Positions 38,201 through 49,037 of a stretch of DNA of 64,000 nt are shown here, in pieces. The stretch comes from a virus (lineage: Duplodnaviria; Caudoviricetes): positions 32,001 through 96,000 of the IMG/VR virus record IMGVR_UViG_3300024346_000016. One strand, written 5' to 3'. The notes below the pieces were generated by a model, which worked only from the letters and a program-made list of their open reading frames with translations, did not search any database and was not told the DNA's origin. The translations under genes and the position numbers were made by a program. The first letter of the stretch is position 1, and every line of letters starts with the position of its first letter.

Positions 38201-40360
38201 GGCAACTTTGATATATGGGGTATTTCTAGAGACTATTATCCATCTCATCCAACTCCACAAAATGCATGGGGTTTAAGATGGAATGGTGACAATAATGATT
38301 TTGAATTCGTAGGCGCTGGAACTAGCCGAGTTATTTTAGATATGGACGGTGGTAATATTACAACTACTGGGAAAATAAGTGTAGGCACAACATACGCAGG
38401 ATTTGCTGCTAACATAGCAGGAACGGTGTACATAATAGGTGGAGATTTATTTTTATCTGATGGATATTTAGTTAGAAATGCTTCAAATAATTCAAGTATA
38501 GCATTTAATAATTCTGCATTATCGTTTACAGGAGCTGCTACGTTTAGTTCAACTATTTCTGCTTCTAACTTTAGTGGTACACATAGTGGAGCATCTTCAG
38601 GAACCAATACTGGAGATCAAACAAATATTTCGGGTAATGCAGCGACTGCGACCTATGCAACATCAGCTGGTAATGCTGCTACGGCTGGATATTCAGATGA
38701 AGCAAAATGGATTTCTTTTCCAGACGGACCGAGAGATTTAAGTGACAGATTACCAAACTGGAATAATAGGTCGGTAGCTTGGGATTTTGTTGGTGCCGGT
38801 ACAGCAAATGGTTCTGGAAACTACGGTGGTGTAATGACATTTTCACCATGGGATGGTACAAGTGGAAGTACTGGAGACTCATCTTATCAACTTGCCTTTG
38901 CTAATACTACAGGTGTAAATGCTAGTGGACAACCTAAACTTAGTATTAGAAACGGAATTAATTCTACTTGGAATGCTTGGTATACACTTATCCATTCTGG
39001 TAATATTGGTTCGCAATCTGTAAGCTATGCTACTACAGCAGGTGCTCTAACATCAATGAATATCTCGCAGTTTACTAATAACTCTGGATATTTAACTTCA
39101 GTATCAGACATTTGGGTTGACCTTGCAGGTGATACTATGACCGGTATTTTAAGATCTAGTTATAATACAGCAACCGGTATCGCAAACAATGGATTTAATG
39201 TTGCCAAAACAATTATTGGTAATTTTCATATTCGAAATGGTAACGGCACAAGCGGCAATAATGCTCAGGCTGCTATTACTTTCCAAGGAGGAGCTGCCGG
39301 AGAAGCCCAAGCAGGTATTTATGTTTCAAATAATGATAGTACTGGAACAGCAATGGGATTTGCAACTACAGATTCTTATTCAACCGGTCCACAATTATTT
39401 ATGGCTGCTACGTGTTTTGGTGTTGTCAATTTTCCAAGAGCTACTCCTACTGTTCAAGGTAATACTGTATGGCATGCAGGAAATGATGGAGCTGGTTCTG
39501 GATTAGATGCAGATTTACTAGATGGATATACTTCAGATACTGCAGCAAACGTAAATACAATTGTACGAAGAGACTCTAGTGGAAATATCTATTCAAACTA
39601 CGTCTTAGGGTCTTATTTTAATGCTTCTGCTGGTAACTCAGAAAACCCAACAATTGGTCAAATTTGGACACAAAATACAAGCGATAACTACTTAAGAAAA
39701 TCTACGCCCGGTCACTTTAGAAGTCAGGTTACAGATAGCTACTACTTATCACTAAGTGGCGGTACCCTTAGCGGAAACTTAAATATTATCGGCGAACTTG
39801 CATTTAGAGACGGAGCTGGAGGCTATTCTAATATAATTCGAGCAGCAGCTTATCCAAGCGAAGGTTATCCAAATGGTACTAATTATTGGATGGAATACCG
39901 TGCATACGGTGGACATCATTTTGTCCTAAATACAGACGGCGGAGTAGGCGGCGGTGCAAATACAATGGATGATTTCGTTATATGGCAAGGTGCAATTGAT
40001 GGAGACCGTTTACTTGAAGTAAGTAATACTGGAACCCTAACAATCGCAGATCGATTAATAGAATTATCTTCTATCAGATATAAAACTCAAGTTGAGTCCT
40101 TAACTCCAGCTCTAGATAAAGTCTTACAACTAAGACCAGTTCACTATGTTAAAATTGGTGGAACTGGCGAAACTGAAATTGGTTTAATTGCGGAAGAGGT
40201 TGCTGAAATCTATCCTGAATTAGTTAAATATAATAGTGAAGGTCAAGTTGATGGTATTAACTATACCCGTATTGCGCCAATCTTAATTAAGACAATTCAA
40301 GAACAGCATGAAATAATTAAAAAATTAACCGAGAGAATTGAAAATCTTGAAAATAGATAA
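35219..40360 (+). CDS. Long modular tail fibre A with C-terminal peptidase S74 intramolecular chaperone
   Basis: [42 protein letters not shown] fibre motifs; C-terminal LSSIRYKTQV..VLQLRPVHY..IGLIAEEV..PELV..INY plus a coiled coil. Confidence 0.9.
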   Translation: MAQTVKITPASGLLEFIGNTTSNKPYLQHDDNGNLTLTLQATKKFTVAGNLKVNGKVTMAQQTLTDGAAITWDFNSGANAKVTIAGARTLVLSNMETGDTGLILVKQDAAGSRTLTLPGSSSIVGGGTYTASPAAGATDVLGVYYDGTTYWWTIGYNTVSPPITSIGITGADFTIANSPLTANGNIGLALATVNSTVGTFGSATAVPVITVNAKGLVTAVSATNISIPTNLDSLTDVTITSAATGQLLQFNGSQWVNWTPNYITLTSLSGSTGISYNNTTGAISSTITQYTDALARAAHSFTAGSGAYNATTGVITIPTNTNQLTNGAGYITSYAETDTLASVTGRGATTNTASVFAGGLYARKAQGDGDYTTAALWTESYNNTTTGIAFHISGVVGKFLEMRLDQRLYWDNSQVWTAGNLTNLNQLSNGPAYITTAALSGYATQTYVNTAVSNLVASAPSTLDTLNELATALGNDANFATTITTSIGNKVSKSGDTMTGNLAFGATSGLGLTWGLNTDAAFIKFISTGNQAGGSYLEIGTQDDSNEEIKFTQSGVLKFYLATDGNLKTGSGYNYVWENGTWAIGISGNAATATNVAWTGVTGRPTALSQFSNDLGNYGGWLTQAAANPLYVNVGGDTMTGPLVITGSTSGQELFAVNGVNGRLFTVSDDLSNSLFSVNTVAGLPVIEAFANNTVNIGPFSAPIVINASGISTPSHGTSANWNSAYNDTITSAAVSGTTSKTLTLTQRDGGTVTATWTDIDTDTNTDAQTLSVSGSTLTISGGNSITLPTGGISQATADGLYVNISGDEMTGNLYISPISANPAQIQLAGSNPELYVSAKTGTARVFISRQGTGHQATLMFMTGMGTYQGTAWDYTGAPMWSMGMTNNANTNSFKLGYGDIYDPTVVALEITTANTAYFKYVPYAAGNLLATQSWVTSQGYITGYTETDTLASVTGRGATTSTALSLNGKVTFSSTVANRPQFPGGILGLDTSDGNFDIWGISRDYYPSHPTPQNAWGLRWNGDNNDFEFVGAGTSRVILDMDGGNITTTGKISVGTTYAGFAANIAGTVYIIGGDLFLSDGYLVRNASNNSSIAFNNSALSFTGAATFSSTISASNFSGTHSGASSGTNTGDQTNISGNAATATYATSAGNAATAGYSDEAKWISFPDGPRDLSDRLPNWNNRSVAWDFVGAGTANGSGNYGGVMTFSPWDGTSGSTGDSSYQLAFANTTGVNASGQPKLSIRNGINSTWNAWYTLIHSGNIGSQSVSYATTAGALTSMNISQFTNNSGYLTSVSDIWVDLAGDTMTGILRSSYNTATGIANNGFNVAKTIIGNFHIRNGNGTSGNNAQAAITFQGGAAGEAQAGIYVSNNDSTGTAMGFATTDSYSTGPQLFMAATCFGVVNFPRATPTVQGNTVWHAGNDGAGSGLDADLLDGYTSDTAANVNTIVRRDSSGNIYSNYVLGSYFNASAGNSENPTIGQIWTQNTSDNYLRKSTPGHFRSQVTDSYYLSLSGGTLSGNLNIIGELAFRDGAGGYSNIIRAAAYPSEGYPNGTNYWMEYRAYGGHHFVLNTDGGVGGGANTMDDFVIWQGAIDGDRLLEVSNTGTLTIADRLIELSSIRYKTQVESLTPALDKVLQLRPVHYVKIGGTGETEIGLIAEEVAEIYPELVKYNSEGQVDGINYTRIAPILIKTIQEQHEIIKKLTERIENLENR
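37031..37068 (+). repeat. 38-bp exact direct repeat, copy 1 (fibre A)
   Basis: CCTACTGCTCTTTCTCAATTCTCTAATGACTTAGGAAA is identical to 44725-44762. Confidence 0.9.
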
Positions 40361-40365
40361 CTAAT

Positions 40366-43300
40366 ATGGCACAATTAATATCAGGAACTACAATTGCTGG
40401 ACACAGCGCGATCCATGCTGGAAACCTATCGGCTCACAGCATTGCGACAACGTCTTATGTTACAACGCAAATTAATAACTTAATTAATGGTGCCCCTGGA
40501 GCGCTAGATACTCTTAACGAGTTGGCCGCTGCATTAGGTAATGATGCTGGTTTTTCAACAACAATTACAAATTCAATTGCTAGCAAATTATCACTAAGCG
40601 GTGGTACCATGACGGGTAATATTAATTGGGGACAAACCGATCGCGGTCTTGTTTGGAGTATGAATACAGATGGTGCCTATATTAAATTTTTTAATACTGG
40701 AGATGGAGATACTAATTCAAGACTAGAATATGCAACATCTGATAATGGCGATGAATATCATAGATTTTTAGTAGCTGGAATTGAAAGAATGACAATTACC
40801 GCAAATGGTATTTCTGCAACAGGTTATAATAAATCAAATTGGGACACTGCATATGGATGGGGTAACCATGCTGGATTATACTCAGCAGCTTCGCATAATC
40901 ACGATGGAAGATACTTATTACTTTCAGGAGGAACCTTAACCGGCGACCTGCTTTCAACTCATCCATACTACCCAGGTTATAATAATGCAGCCGTTGGTTC
41001 ACAAGGTTCTTATTACCTATATGGTGCCACTGGAAATTCTGGTATTAGAACTAATGGTAATTTCTTAGCCAATGGAGATATTTACTTAGGAACTAGAGGA
41101 CAATGGCTTTCTACTTATCTAAATCAAAATGTTAGAACAGATAGCTCACCATCATTTAGTAGCGTATACGTAGGCGGCTCTCAATTAACTGGAACTCAAG
41201 TTAATGGCTTATCTAATATGCTTGGTGTTACAACTCTACCCTATTCATGTGATATTACAGTCGGCGGCGACCCAGACAAATTTTATGCTGTTCAGTTTTG
41301 GGGAGGAGATCAAGATGTTTGGAGAAGAATTATTATTAAAAGAGGATATGGCGAAACCGCGCCTTGGGATCCAATTGGAACAGGTGCACACCATGGCGGT
41401 CTTCTATTAGATTGGGAAGGTAATTTTGGCGGATGGGGCGGTGCCGAATATGCAGATCGATTAAGAGTATTTAATGAATCATATACAAATGTCTGTGCAG
41501 ATATGTTTATCTACAGTCATTCAATGAGTTATGTGTTTATGCTTAGGGGTGGTGGAGCAGTTTATCACCTATTTTCTGATCAACCAATTAATGGTTATTA
41601 CCAAGCAGGTTCGCCTGATATTTTATATAGTTCAAGTACATTATCGTATGACGATGCATGGTCTGGTACAAATCAATATGATGTTTATGCTCCTACACCT
41701 TTAGCGCTTAATCAGGTTAACTCAACAAGAATTGACGGTCTTAGAACTAAAAAGCAATCTCTTTTAGATGGTAGATATGCAGCAATCTCGCATTCGCATA
41801 CATTTGCTTCATTAACAAGTAAACCAACTACAATTAGTGGTTATGGAATTACAGATGCGATTACTACAGCAAACATTGGGTCTCAATCTGTAAGTTACGC
41901 TACTACATCGGGTGCGTTAACTTCCATGAATATTTCTCAATTTACAAATAACTCTGGTTATATTACAGGATATACAGAAACAGACACTTTAGCTAGTGTA
42001 ACAGGTCGTGGGAATACTACAACTAGCTCAATGGCTATTGGTTCTGTGTCTATTCCTAATGGTAAATTATATGTCAATAGTGGATCTGGGTCAGATGTTG
42101 TTGCATTACAAAATACTCTCAATACAGGGGCGTATTTAGTATTTGCTGATAATGTTACTCCAACTTGGGCTAACGCTCCAAGACTAGGTGCTATTAGCAA
42201 TGACATGGTGTTTAAAACACTTGATACTGAGCGTTTTAGAATAGCATCTACAGGTGCATCTACATTTACTGGACCTTCTTTAACAATAAACACTACAAGT
42301 GATATAGTTGCTAATGGTGACACCTTCCGTATGAAAGGTGGTGGAGGCTCTGCTGAATTTATATGGTATAGAAATTACTCAGGTAGTCCTTCTGAACCTG
42401 GTTTTGTAATTAATAATAGAGCAGGTACTACTACATTTAGCCATAATGTAAATGGAGGTGGTACAAGTGTAAGTGGTAATTTTTCTGCTGCTAACTTTAG
42501 TGGAGCATCCTCTGGAACCAATACTGGAGATCAGACAAATATTTCTGGTAATGCAGCAACAGCTACTAATGTAGCTTGGACAGGAGTAACTAGTAGACCT
42601 ACGACATTGTCTCAGTTTACAAATGATTTAGGTAACTATGGCGGTTGGATTACAGGTTATACTGAAACTATTGGTACCAATAATACCTCTGGTGTTGCTG
42701 GCGCAAAATATCAAATTAATGACACTTGGTTACGGGTTAACAGTGATAACCGTCAATTTCAAATATATGGAAATGCTAGATCCATTATCTATCGAACCGA
42801 TGGTGTAACCAATGACCATGGAGGAGGAGATTATCCTCACATATTCTACTACGGTGGTTCGACTGATGCTTCGCGCCTTGTTATATTTGGAACTAATGGC
42901 GATATTTGGATGCGATACGCTGGAGACTGGATTTCCAACCTATTGGCTGCTAAATCGAATACAGGTCACACTCATGATGACAGATACTATACAGAAACTG
43001 AGGTTAATAATTTCTTTAGTGCTGCAACTGCAATTACAGGTTATAACAAATCAAATTGGGATATTGCCTATAATAAGAGACCTACTGCAATTTCATTTAG
43101 TGGTACTGGTACAAAAACCTTAACCTTAACTCAAGGAGATGGTTCAACCTTAACGGCTGCGTTTAATGATATTGATACAGATACAAATACTGACGGCCAA
43201 ACCCTAAGTCTTAGTGGAAATACCCTAAGTATTTCAGGCGGAAACTCAGTTACTCTTACTTCGGGTGGAATATCACAAGGCACAGCAGACTCACTTTACG

Positions 43301-46300
43301 TTAATGTAAGTGGAGATACAATGACTGGTCCATTAAATATAGTAGGATCAACCGACGGTCAAGATCTGCTTGCAGTTAATGGTTTTAATGGTAGACTTTT
43401 TACCGTAACGGATTCAGTTCTTGATACAATTTATAGCGTTAACACAATTGCAGGTTTACCTATTTTAGAGGTACTTGCAAATAATACAGTTAGAATAGGT
43501 AAATATGGTGCAAATTCTATTACCATTGCAAATAGTAATATTGCAATCAATAGTGATTCAGTTGATGCTAAATTTCCATTTTACGTAAGCGATAGAAGTA
43601 CTGCTACGGCTAGATATAATTTAACTAATCCTGGTATGGGATTCAACCTAGCTGACTCCTATGCTCAGCTACAACTATACGGAACAGCCGGTGCATATAT
43701 TGACTTTACAACAGGTGCAAATGATTATCAAGGTCGAATTATGTGGACAGGTTCAGCATTTTCGATTACTGGAAATATATCAGCAACAAACTTTAGCGGT
43801 TCCTCTTCTGGTACCAATACCGGAGACCAAACTAATATTTCAGGTACAGCTAGTAATATTACAGCATATACAATTAATCAAAGTGTTGGAACAGGTAACG
43901 CCCCTACATTTACAAATATTTACAATAATGGGTGGTTCCGAAATAATAATAACCTAGAAGGTCTCTATAATCAGGCAAATGGCAACCACTTTTATTCAAG
44001 AGGTGCTGCTAAATGGGGTATAACTGGAGCAGGCGGAAATATCCATCTAGAATTCAGAAGTAATCATGAATCAACCCTTAGAGGAGTAGTCTATGCCGAT
44101 ACAAGTAATCAAATTGGATTCCTTAATAATGGAGAAGGCTGGTCACTAAGAGCTAATAGTAGTAATAATGTATTTGTTCATGGAACAGATCTTACAATAA
44201 ATGCAGATGGTGCCGGCTCATCAAATATCAATATGAATGATGGTGATGAAGGTAATCGTATTATTCACTGTAACTCAAACCGTATTGGATTCTTAACTCA
44301 AGCTGGAAGCTGGGGAGCATATTGTGATGATAGTGGTAACTGGGCAGCAGCTAACTTTAGTGGAAGTTCTTCTGGTACAAATACTGGAGACCAAACAAAT
44401 ATTTCTGGATATTCTCAATTATTATATTTTAGTGGAAGTAGTGGAAAGGCTATTATGGATGGACTTTGGGCAGGTGGAGGCGCCTATCCTGGTTATCAGT
44501 TTACTGGAGGAAACTCTAGATTCGGATTTAGTTCAACGAGTGGTGTAGTTGATGTATATGCAGATGGTAATTTTTATGCAACTGATAGTTCACATCTAGT
44601 ATTACATGCTGGAAATTATAATTCATATTCACCAACCTTAACTGGAGGTAATGCCTCAGGTACTTGGGGAATCAATGTAACTGGCTCAGCTGGATCAGTA
44701 GCATGGACCAATGTAAGTTCTCGTCCTACTGCTCTTTCTCAATTCTCTAATGACTTAGGAAATTACGGAGGGTGGGCTCTCACTTCTCATTTGCACGATG
44801 ATAGATACTTTTTTAATCGTGGTTTTACTTCACCATATCCAGGTGAAGATGCTAATGCTATGACTGAAAACCGAGCAGCCTTTACCTACTCTAATAACGC
44901 ACCTCTTACTGGATGTATAGCATACTTTCCAGCATCAGGATATGGAATTCAATTAAACGGAGACTACCAAGGAGATTCCTTTTCTATGAGAAGTAGAAAT
45001 GGTGACGCTGGTACATGGAGACCTTGGAAGAGATTACTAACGGATTACAACTACAATAGCTATAGCCCAACTCTTACAGGCACAGGAGCATCAGGGACTT
45101 GGGTGATCAACGTAACAGGAAACGCTACTACTGCAACTACTGCCGCAAGAGCAACACGAGCAAATGGAAATTTCTATATAGATGATAACTACGGTAATGG
45201 TATAGTTGGAGTTTATACATCAACTCGTCTACAGGGAGTATTTGCAATGGGAGACTCTTACAAATTACCAGCAGACGGAACTTCTGCCAGCAACCTATAC
45301 GGTATGGCATGGTCTCACCCCAATGCAGGTGGCGTTGCTGCAAACCTAAATACACATGGTCTTCTTGTAATGGAGAATGGTACATTTTTGGCAGCAATCT
45401 CTGGTTCAATCCGAGCAAGAGACGATATGCGTGCCCCAGCTATTTATGACTCAGGTTCACGTGTAGCTATTTCAAGAGGAGAGGGCCGAGACTATGTTAA
45501 CTATTCGCGATATGTTTATAATAACGGAGCCTATTCAGGAACCGGCTGGATTGAACCTTCTGATCTTGGTGTAAGATATGCTAATACTGCAGGTTCTGCC
45601 CCAGCAAATGGAGGTACAGCGACTGCACTAAATAGTAGTAACTATATTTCTCAGAGAGGATCCAATGGTTCTTGGAATGCCGATTTTCAAGCAACCCCAG
45701 CTGGAACTATGAGTTATGGCGGAGATCTTGGAGCCAACGGAACAAACGGTCCAGGCGGAAGTTGGTGGATTCAAGAAAACTTTAGACATACAAACTCTAG
45801 TAATTACTGGGGTACTCAAGTAGCATGGGGATGGGAAGATAATGCTAATAGATTAGCAACAAGAAATGTAACAGGCGGCAATTACGGTTCATGGGTTTAT
45901 TATCTAAATTCTGGTAATGTTACTTCATATATGGATGCACCAAATAAAGCGGGAACATCTTACTATCAAGTAAACACTTGGTTACAAATGAATGGTACGC
46001 ATGGTATCTATTATCCTTCGTACAACGGTGCTCATTTTTATGTAAATACAACCACGTCATACACACAATTTAGACTCGATGGTAGTCGCGGAGGTTACGG
46101 AGGTATTTGGGATAGCTATAGTTCTGTTCATGGTATTATGTATGATAGTGCAGGTAATGGCGGTGTATATAGAGAAGCCAATGGTAGATGGTATTGGTAT
46201 CACCATTTAGGAAATAACTGTACAGCTTTAGCAACTTCAACTACTTCTTCTTCATATAGAGCCTACGTTGGTGGTGCTTTATATGCTGAAGGTGATATAG

Positions 46301-46605
46301 TAGCATATTCAGATGTTAGAAAGAAAACAGATATTGTTACTATAGATAATGCTTTACATAAAGTTATTAATTTACGTGGTGTTTATTATACTAGAATTGA
46401 CGATCCACTAAGAGGTAGACAAACAGGTGTTATTGCACAAGAAATAAATGAAGTGTTACCTGAAGTTGTTACATATGCTGCTGATGTAGATCACTATGGT
46501 GTTTCTTATGGTAATATTGTAGGTGTACTTATTGAAGCTATTAAAGAACAACAGACCCAAATAGAAGACCTTAAATTAGAAATTAAAAAATTAAGAGGCG
46601 AATAA
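40366..46605 (+). CDS. Long modular tail fibre B with C-terminal peptidase S74 chaperone
   Basis: [18 protein letters not shown], HxH motifs (HNHDGRY, HSH, HTHDDRY, HLHDDRY); C-terminal [44 protein letters not shown]. Confidence 0.92.
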   Translation: MAQLISGTTIAGHSAIHAGNLSAHSIATTSYVTTQINNLINGAPGALDTLNELAAALGNDAGFSTTITNSIASKLSLSGGTMTGNINWGQTDRGLVWSMNTDGAYIKFFNTGDGDTNSRLEYATSDNGDEYHRFLVAGIERMTITANGISATGYNKSNWDTAYGWGNHAGLYSAASHNHDGRYLLLSGGTLTGDLLSTHPYYPGYNNAAVGSQGSYYLYGATGNSGIRTNGNFLANGDIYLGTRGQWLSTYLNQNVRTDSSPSFSSVYVGGSQLTGTQVNGLSNMLGVTTLPYSCDITVGGDPDKFYAVQFWGGDQDVWRRIIIKRGYGETAPWDPIGTGAHHGGLLLDWEGNFGGWGGAEYADRLRVFNESYTNVCADMFIYSHSMSYVFMLRGGGAVYHLFSDQPINGYYQAGSPDILYSSSTLSYDDAWSGTNQYDVYAPTPLALNQVNSTRIDGLRTKKQSLLDGRYAAISHSHTFASLTSKPTTISGYGITDAITTANIGSQSVSYATTSGALTSMNISQFTNNSGYITGYTETDTLASVTGRGNTTTSSMAIGSVSIPNGKLYVNSGSGSDVVALQNTLNTGAYLVFADNVTPTWANAPRLGAISNDMVFKTLDTERFRIASTGASTFTGPSLTINTTSDIVANGDTFRMKGGGGSAEFIWYRNYSGSPSEPGFVINNRAGTTTFSHNVNGGGTSVSGNFSAANFSGASSGTNTGDQTNISGNAATATNVAWTGVTSRPTTLSQFTNDLGNYGGWITGYTETIGTNNTSGVAGAKYQINDTWLRVNSDNRQFQIYGNARSIIYRTDGVTNDHGGGDYPHIFYYGGSTDASRLVIFGTNGDIWMRYAGDWISNLLAAKSNTGHTHDDRYYTETEVNNFFSAATAITGYNKSNWDIAYNKRPTAISFSGTGTKTLTLTQGDGSTLTAAFNDIDTDTNTDGQTLSLSGNTLSISGGNSVTLTSGGISQGTADSLYVNVSGDTMTGPLNIVGSTDGQDLLAVNGFNGRLFTVTDSVLDTIYSVNTIAGLPILEVLANNTVRIGKYGANSITIANSNIAINSDSVDAKFPFYVSDRSTATARYNLTNPGMGFNLADSYAQLQLYGTAGAYIDFTTGANDYQGRIMWTGSAFSITGNISATNFSGSSSGTNTGDQTNISGTASNITAYTINQSVGTGNAPTFTNIYNNGWFRNNNNLEGLYNQANGNHFYSRGAAKWGITGAGGNIHLEFRSNHESTLRGVVYADTSNQIGFLNNGEGWSLRANSSNNVFVHGTDLTINADGAGSSNINMNDGDEGNRIIHCNSNRIGFLTQAGSWGAYCDDSGNWAAANFSGSSSGTNTGDQTNISGYSQLLYFSGSSGKAIMDGLWAGGGAYPGYQFTGGNSRFGFSSTSGVVDVYADGNFYATDSSHLVLHAGNYNSYSPTLTGGNASGTWGINVTGSAGSVAWTNVSSRPTALSQFSNDLGNYGGWALTSHLHDDRYFFNRGFTSPYPGEDANAMTENRAAFTYSNNAPLTGCIAYFPASGYGIQLNGDYQGDSFSMRSRNGDAGTWRPWKRLLTDYNYNSYSPTLTGTGASGTWVINVTGNATTATTAARATRANGNFYIDDNYGNGIVGVYTSTRLQGVFAMGDSYKLPADGTSASNLYGMAWSHPNAGGVAANLNTHGLLVMENGTFLAAISGSIRARDDMRAPAIYDSGSRVAISRGEGRDYVNYSRYVYNNGAYSGTGWIEPSDLGVRYANTAGSAPANGGTATALNSSNYISQRGSNGSWNADFQATPAGTMSYGGDLGANGTNGPGGSWWIQENFRHTNSSNYWGTQVAWGWEDNANRLATRNVTGGNYGSWVYYLNSGNVTSYMDAPNKAGTSYYQVNTWLQMNGTHGIYYPSYNGAHFYVNTTTSYTQFRLDGSRGGYGGIWDSYSSVHGIMYDSAGNGGVYREANGRWYWYHHLGNNCTALATSTTSSSYRAYVGGALYAEGDIVAYSDVRKKTDIVTIDNALHKVINLRGVYYTRIDDPLRGRQTGVIAQEINEVLPEVVTYAADVDHYGVSYGNIVGVLIEAIKEQQTQIEDLKLEIKKLRGE
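44725..44762 (+). repeat. 38-bp exact direct repeat, copy 2 (fibre B)
   Basis: Identical to 37031-37068. Confidence 0.9.
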
Positions 46606-46606
46606 T

Positions 46607-47920
46607 ATGGCTTTACCAAGCACCGGTACAATTGCAATGAGTCAAATTAATTCTGAGTTAGGCCGAAGCGCCTCTTCTACAATTAGTTTAGGCTCAGCTG
46701 AAGATGGCGGATATGCTGCAATTAACTCGTGTTCACCAAGTAGACCCAGCTCAAGTGATCCCGCGGCAATGTCTGAGTGGAGAGGTTATAATCACACCTT
46801 TGCTTGCTGTAATGCTCCAAGTATCTCAGTTACATCTTCTACGTCAAGTTCAGTTACAATTAGTATAAGCTATTCTAATTGTACTACTATGCATTTCGAG
46901 TCTAGTTCAAATGATGGATCAACTTGGAATACTAATTCAACTGGATGCGCTTCAAGTTATACTTATTCAGGGCTAGCCTCATCCACAACATATTATTTTA
47001 GAGTAAGAATAACTTGTACCTCAACTGGAGGATATTCTGGGTATTCTAGTCCGGTAATTCAAACAACTAGTGCAGGCTGCCCTGCGAATGGAACCTACTT
47101 AAGTCAATTTTGTTCAGGTTGTACTCTTTATTATCGATATGCAAACGGTAGCTGCGGAACCTATGATACAAGTCAGGGTTGTACGACTGCATGTGGCGGC
47201 TGTTGCTGTTCGCCCGGAGAGGGCACCTTCTTATATGCTCAGTGTAATGGCTGTTCCTATGATTTTTATTATTCAAATGGGTGTAATGGTTCATATAGTG
47301 TTGTGCAGGACCAATACTCAACTAATTGTGGCTGCGGCGAAGGCCCTACCTGTTATGAATTCTATGGTGATGGTAGCGGAGAGTGGGCGGGTCACCAGTG
47401 CGGCGAGCCTGCGGGCGTCAATGCCACAGGATATGCTGCGTTTTATGGAGAACCAATTGGCTGTTTTGATAATATGCAGTTTGGTGCATATCATGATGGC
47501 CAACCGTGCTTTGCGATGTGTCCTACTCCAGATATGCCAATCCTAATTGCCCCTAATACTTGGGTGACCGCAGGGGAGCTTAAGGTTGGCGATTATGTTT
47601 ATACTAAACACGAAACAACAGGTGACTGGGGATCATACCAGGTATCTCATATTAATCCAGGTGCTAATACAGTAAGTCGTACTGTAATTGGAGGCCAAGT
47701 GATCAAAGTTTCGCATAACCATAGATTCTTAACAGAAAGTATGGGATTCGTTGCCTTATCAGAACTATGGATTGGTGCTAAAGTACAAACAATAGATGGA
47801 GTTGCTGAAATTGAGTCAATTGAAGATCTTGGTACCTTACCAGTTATTCAAATAGAAATTGCAGATGCACATACATATGTTATTTGTGATGTAATATCTC
47901 ACAATGTAAAGCAACCCTAA
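46607..47920 (+). CDS. Putative fibre-tip adhesin: anchor, FN3, Cys-rich repeats, C-terminal Hint (intein-like) domain
   Basis: N-terminus [19 protein letters not shown]; FN3 [15 protein letters not shown]; Hint blocks [10 protein letters not shown] / [10 protein letters not shown] / VSHNHRFL / [24 protein letters not shown]. Confidence 0.8.
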   Translation: MALPSTGTIAMSQINSELGRSASSTISLGSAEDGGYAAINSCSPSRPSSSDPAAMSEWRGYNHTFACCNAPSISVTSSTSSSVTISISYSNCTTMHFESSSNDGSTWNTNSTGCASSYTYSGLASSTTYYFRVRITCTSTGGYSGYSSPVIQTTSAGCPANGTYLSQFCSGCTLYYRYANGSCGTYDTSQGCTTACGGCCCSPGEGTFLYAQCNGCSYDFYYSNGCNGSYSVVQDQYSTNCGCGEGPTCYEFYGDGSGEWAGHQCGEPAGVNATGYAAFYGEPIGCFDNMQFGAYHDGQPCFAMCPTPDMPILIAPNTWVTAGELKVGDYVYTKHETTGDWGSYQVSHINPGANTVSRTVIGGQVIKVSHNHRFLTESMGFVALSELWIGAKVQTIDGVAEIESIEDLGTLPVIQIEIADAHTYVICDVISHNVKQP

Positions 47921-47941
47921 TAACTAAAATATTTAAACTGG

Positions 47942-48193
47942 ATGCAAAATTTACAGTCATATCAAGTCGAAGAATCTACGTATGAATTAGATACGTACTA
48001 TAATATTGGATATAAATCTAGATTTAGACTAGTTGGTATTATTGAAGTTAATGAGTCAATGTTCTTTATTTGCGAAAGGGAAGCCGGTGCATTTACTATG
48101 CATATTTCAGCTCAACAAAGTTTGCAAACCAAGAATTTTATTTTTCATGCTCTGCAATTTCACCACCTAGCCCAAAATAATTTAGCAGTATAA
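47942..48193 (+). CDS. Small hypothetical protein
   Basis: 83-aa ORF filling the gap between the Hint gene and the first LamG gene. Confidence 0.6.
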   Translation: MQNLQSYQVEESTYELDTYYNIGYKSRFRLVGIIEVNESMFFICEREAGAFTMHISAQQSLQTKNFIFHALQFHHLAQNNLAV

Positions 48194-48202
48194 CCCTAAT
48201 CT

Positions 48203-48898
48203 ATGGCACTACACTATAATCCAAGAATAGAATTAAGTGGCCTTCAGCTCTATGTTGAAGCAGCCGATCCAGTATGCTATCCGGGATCTGGCCAAACAGT
48301 TTATGATCTTTCTCTAAATAATAGAGTCCTGTCTTCTAATATGAGTGAATCCTATTTAAATGGAAAAGTTTTTAACTTTGCGCCAGACTATGGCTCCTAT
48401 ATTAATATTGATCGCAATTTTACTGATCTAGATGATCTTACAATGGAAGTTCTATTTACAGTTGATGGTACCCATGATAATTATCATGGCACGTTAATTT
48501 CTTCTGGAAACTGGAATGTTCCACATTGGGCATTTGCCATAAATCAATCAAATGATGCAATTATTACAAGAGTTCCATATATTACTGTTCCATACCAATT
48601 TGAAGTTGGAAAATGGTATTATGCTACTTGGAGGCGTTCGAGAGGAACCAATAATTTCTTTGTAAATGGAATTCAAGTGGGCGGAGACTATACTGGAAGT
48701 GATAATCGTCGCCCACTTATAAGTGATGCTAGTAATACAATGATCGGTCGTGAAACTTATGCAGGCGGATATTTTAACTTAAATGGTAAAATTAAAAACG
48801 TCAAAGTTTATAATAGACCACTATCTAATTCCGAAATTCTTAAAAATTATCAAGCGCTTTCGAGTCGAACTGGATTACAAAATGATGGCTTAACATAA
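48203..48898 (+). CDS. LamG/concanavalin A-like lectin protein, short form 1
   Basis: GKWYYATW..FFVNG..MIGR..LNGKIKNVKVYNRPLSNSEILKNY. Confidence 0.85.
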   Translation: MALHYNPRIELSGLQLYVEAADPVCYPGSGQTVYDLSLNNRVLSSNMSESYLNGKVFNFAPDYGSYINIDRNFTDLDDLTMEVLFTVDGTHDNYHGTLISSGNWNVPHWAFAINQSNDAIITRVPYITVPYQFEVGKWYYATWRRSRGTNNFFVNGIQVGGDYTGSDNRRPLISDASNTMIGRETYAGGYFNLNGKIKNVKVYNRPLSNSEILKNYQALSSRTGLQNDGLT

Positions 48899-48899
48899 T

Positions 48900-49037
48900 A
48901 TGGTAATTAAAGAAATTAAATATAAAGATTTGCCAAGTCAGTTTTGTGTATTTGTTACTGAAACTGATTTAACGCCTCTTGCGTGTTTTTTATCAATAGA
49001 AGATTGCGAAAAATGGATTAGTGAAAATGGCGAATAA
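48900..49037 (+). CDS. Unlisted 45-aa protein
   Basis: ATG 1 nt after the upstream TAA; MVIKEIKYKDLPSQFCVFVTETDLTPLACFLSIEDCEKWISENGE*; overlaps the next ATG at 49027. Confidence 0.6.
   Translation: MVIKEIKYKDLPSQFCVFVTETDLTPLACFLSIEDCEKWISENGE

Noticed and set aside
47519-47905. Canonical intein, or polymorphic toxin with pretoxin Hint
   Set aside because: The +1 residue is Val and only four residues follow, so there is no C-extein, toxin domain or endonuclease.
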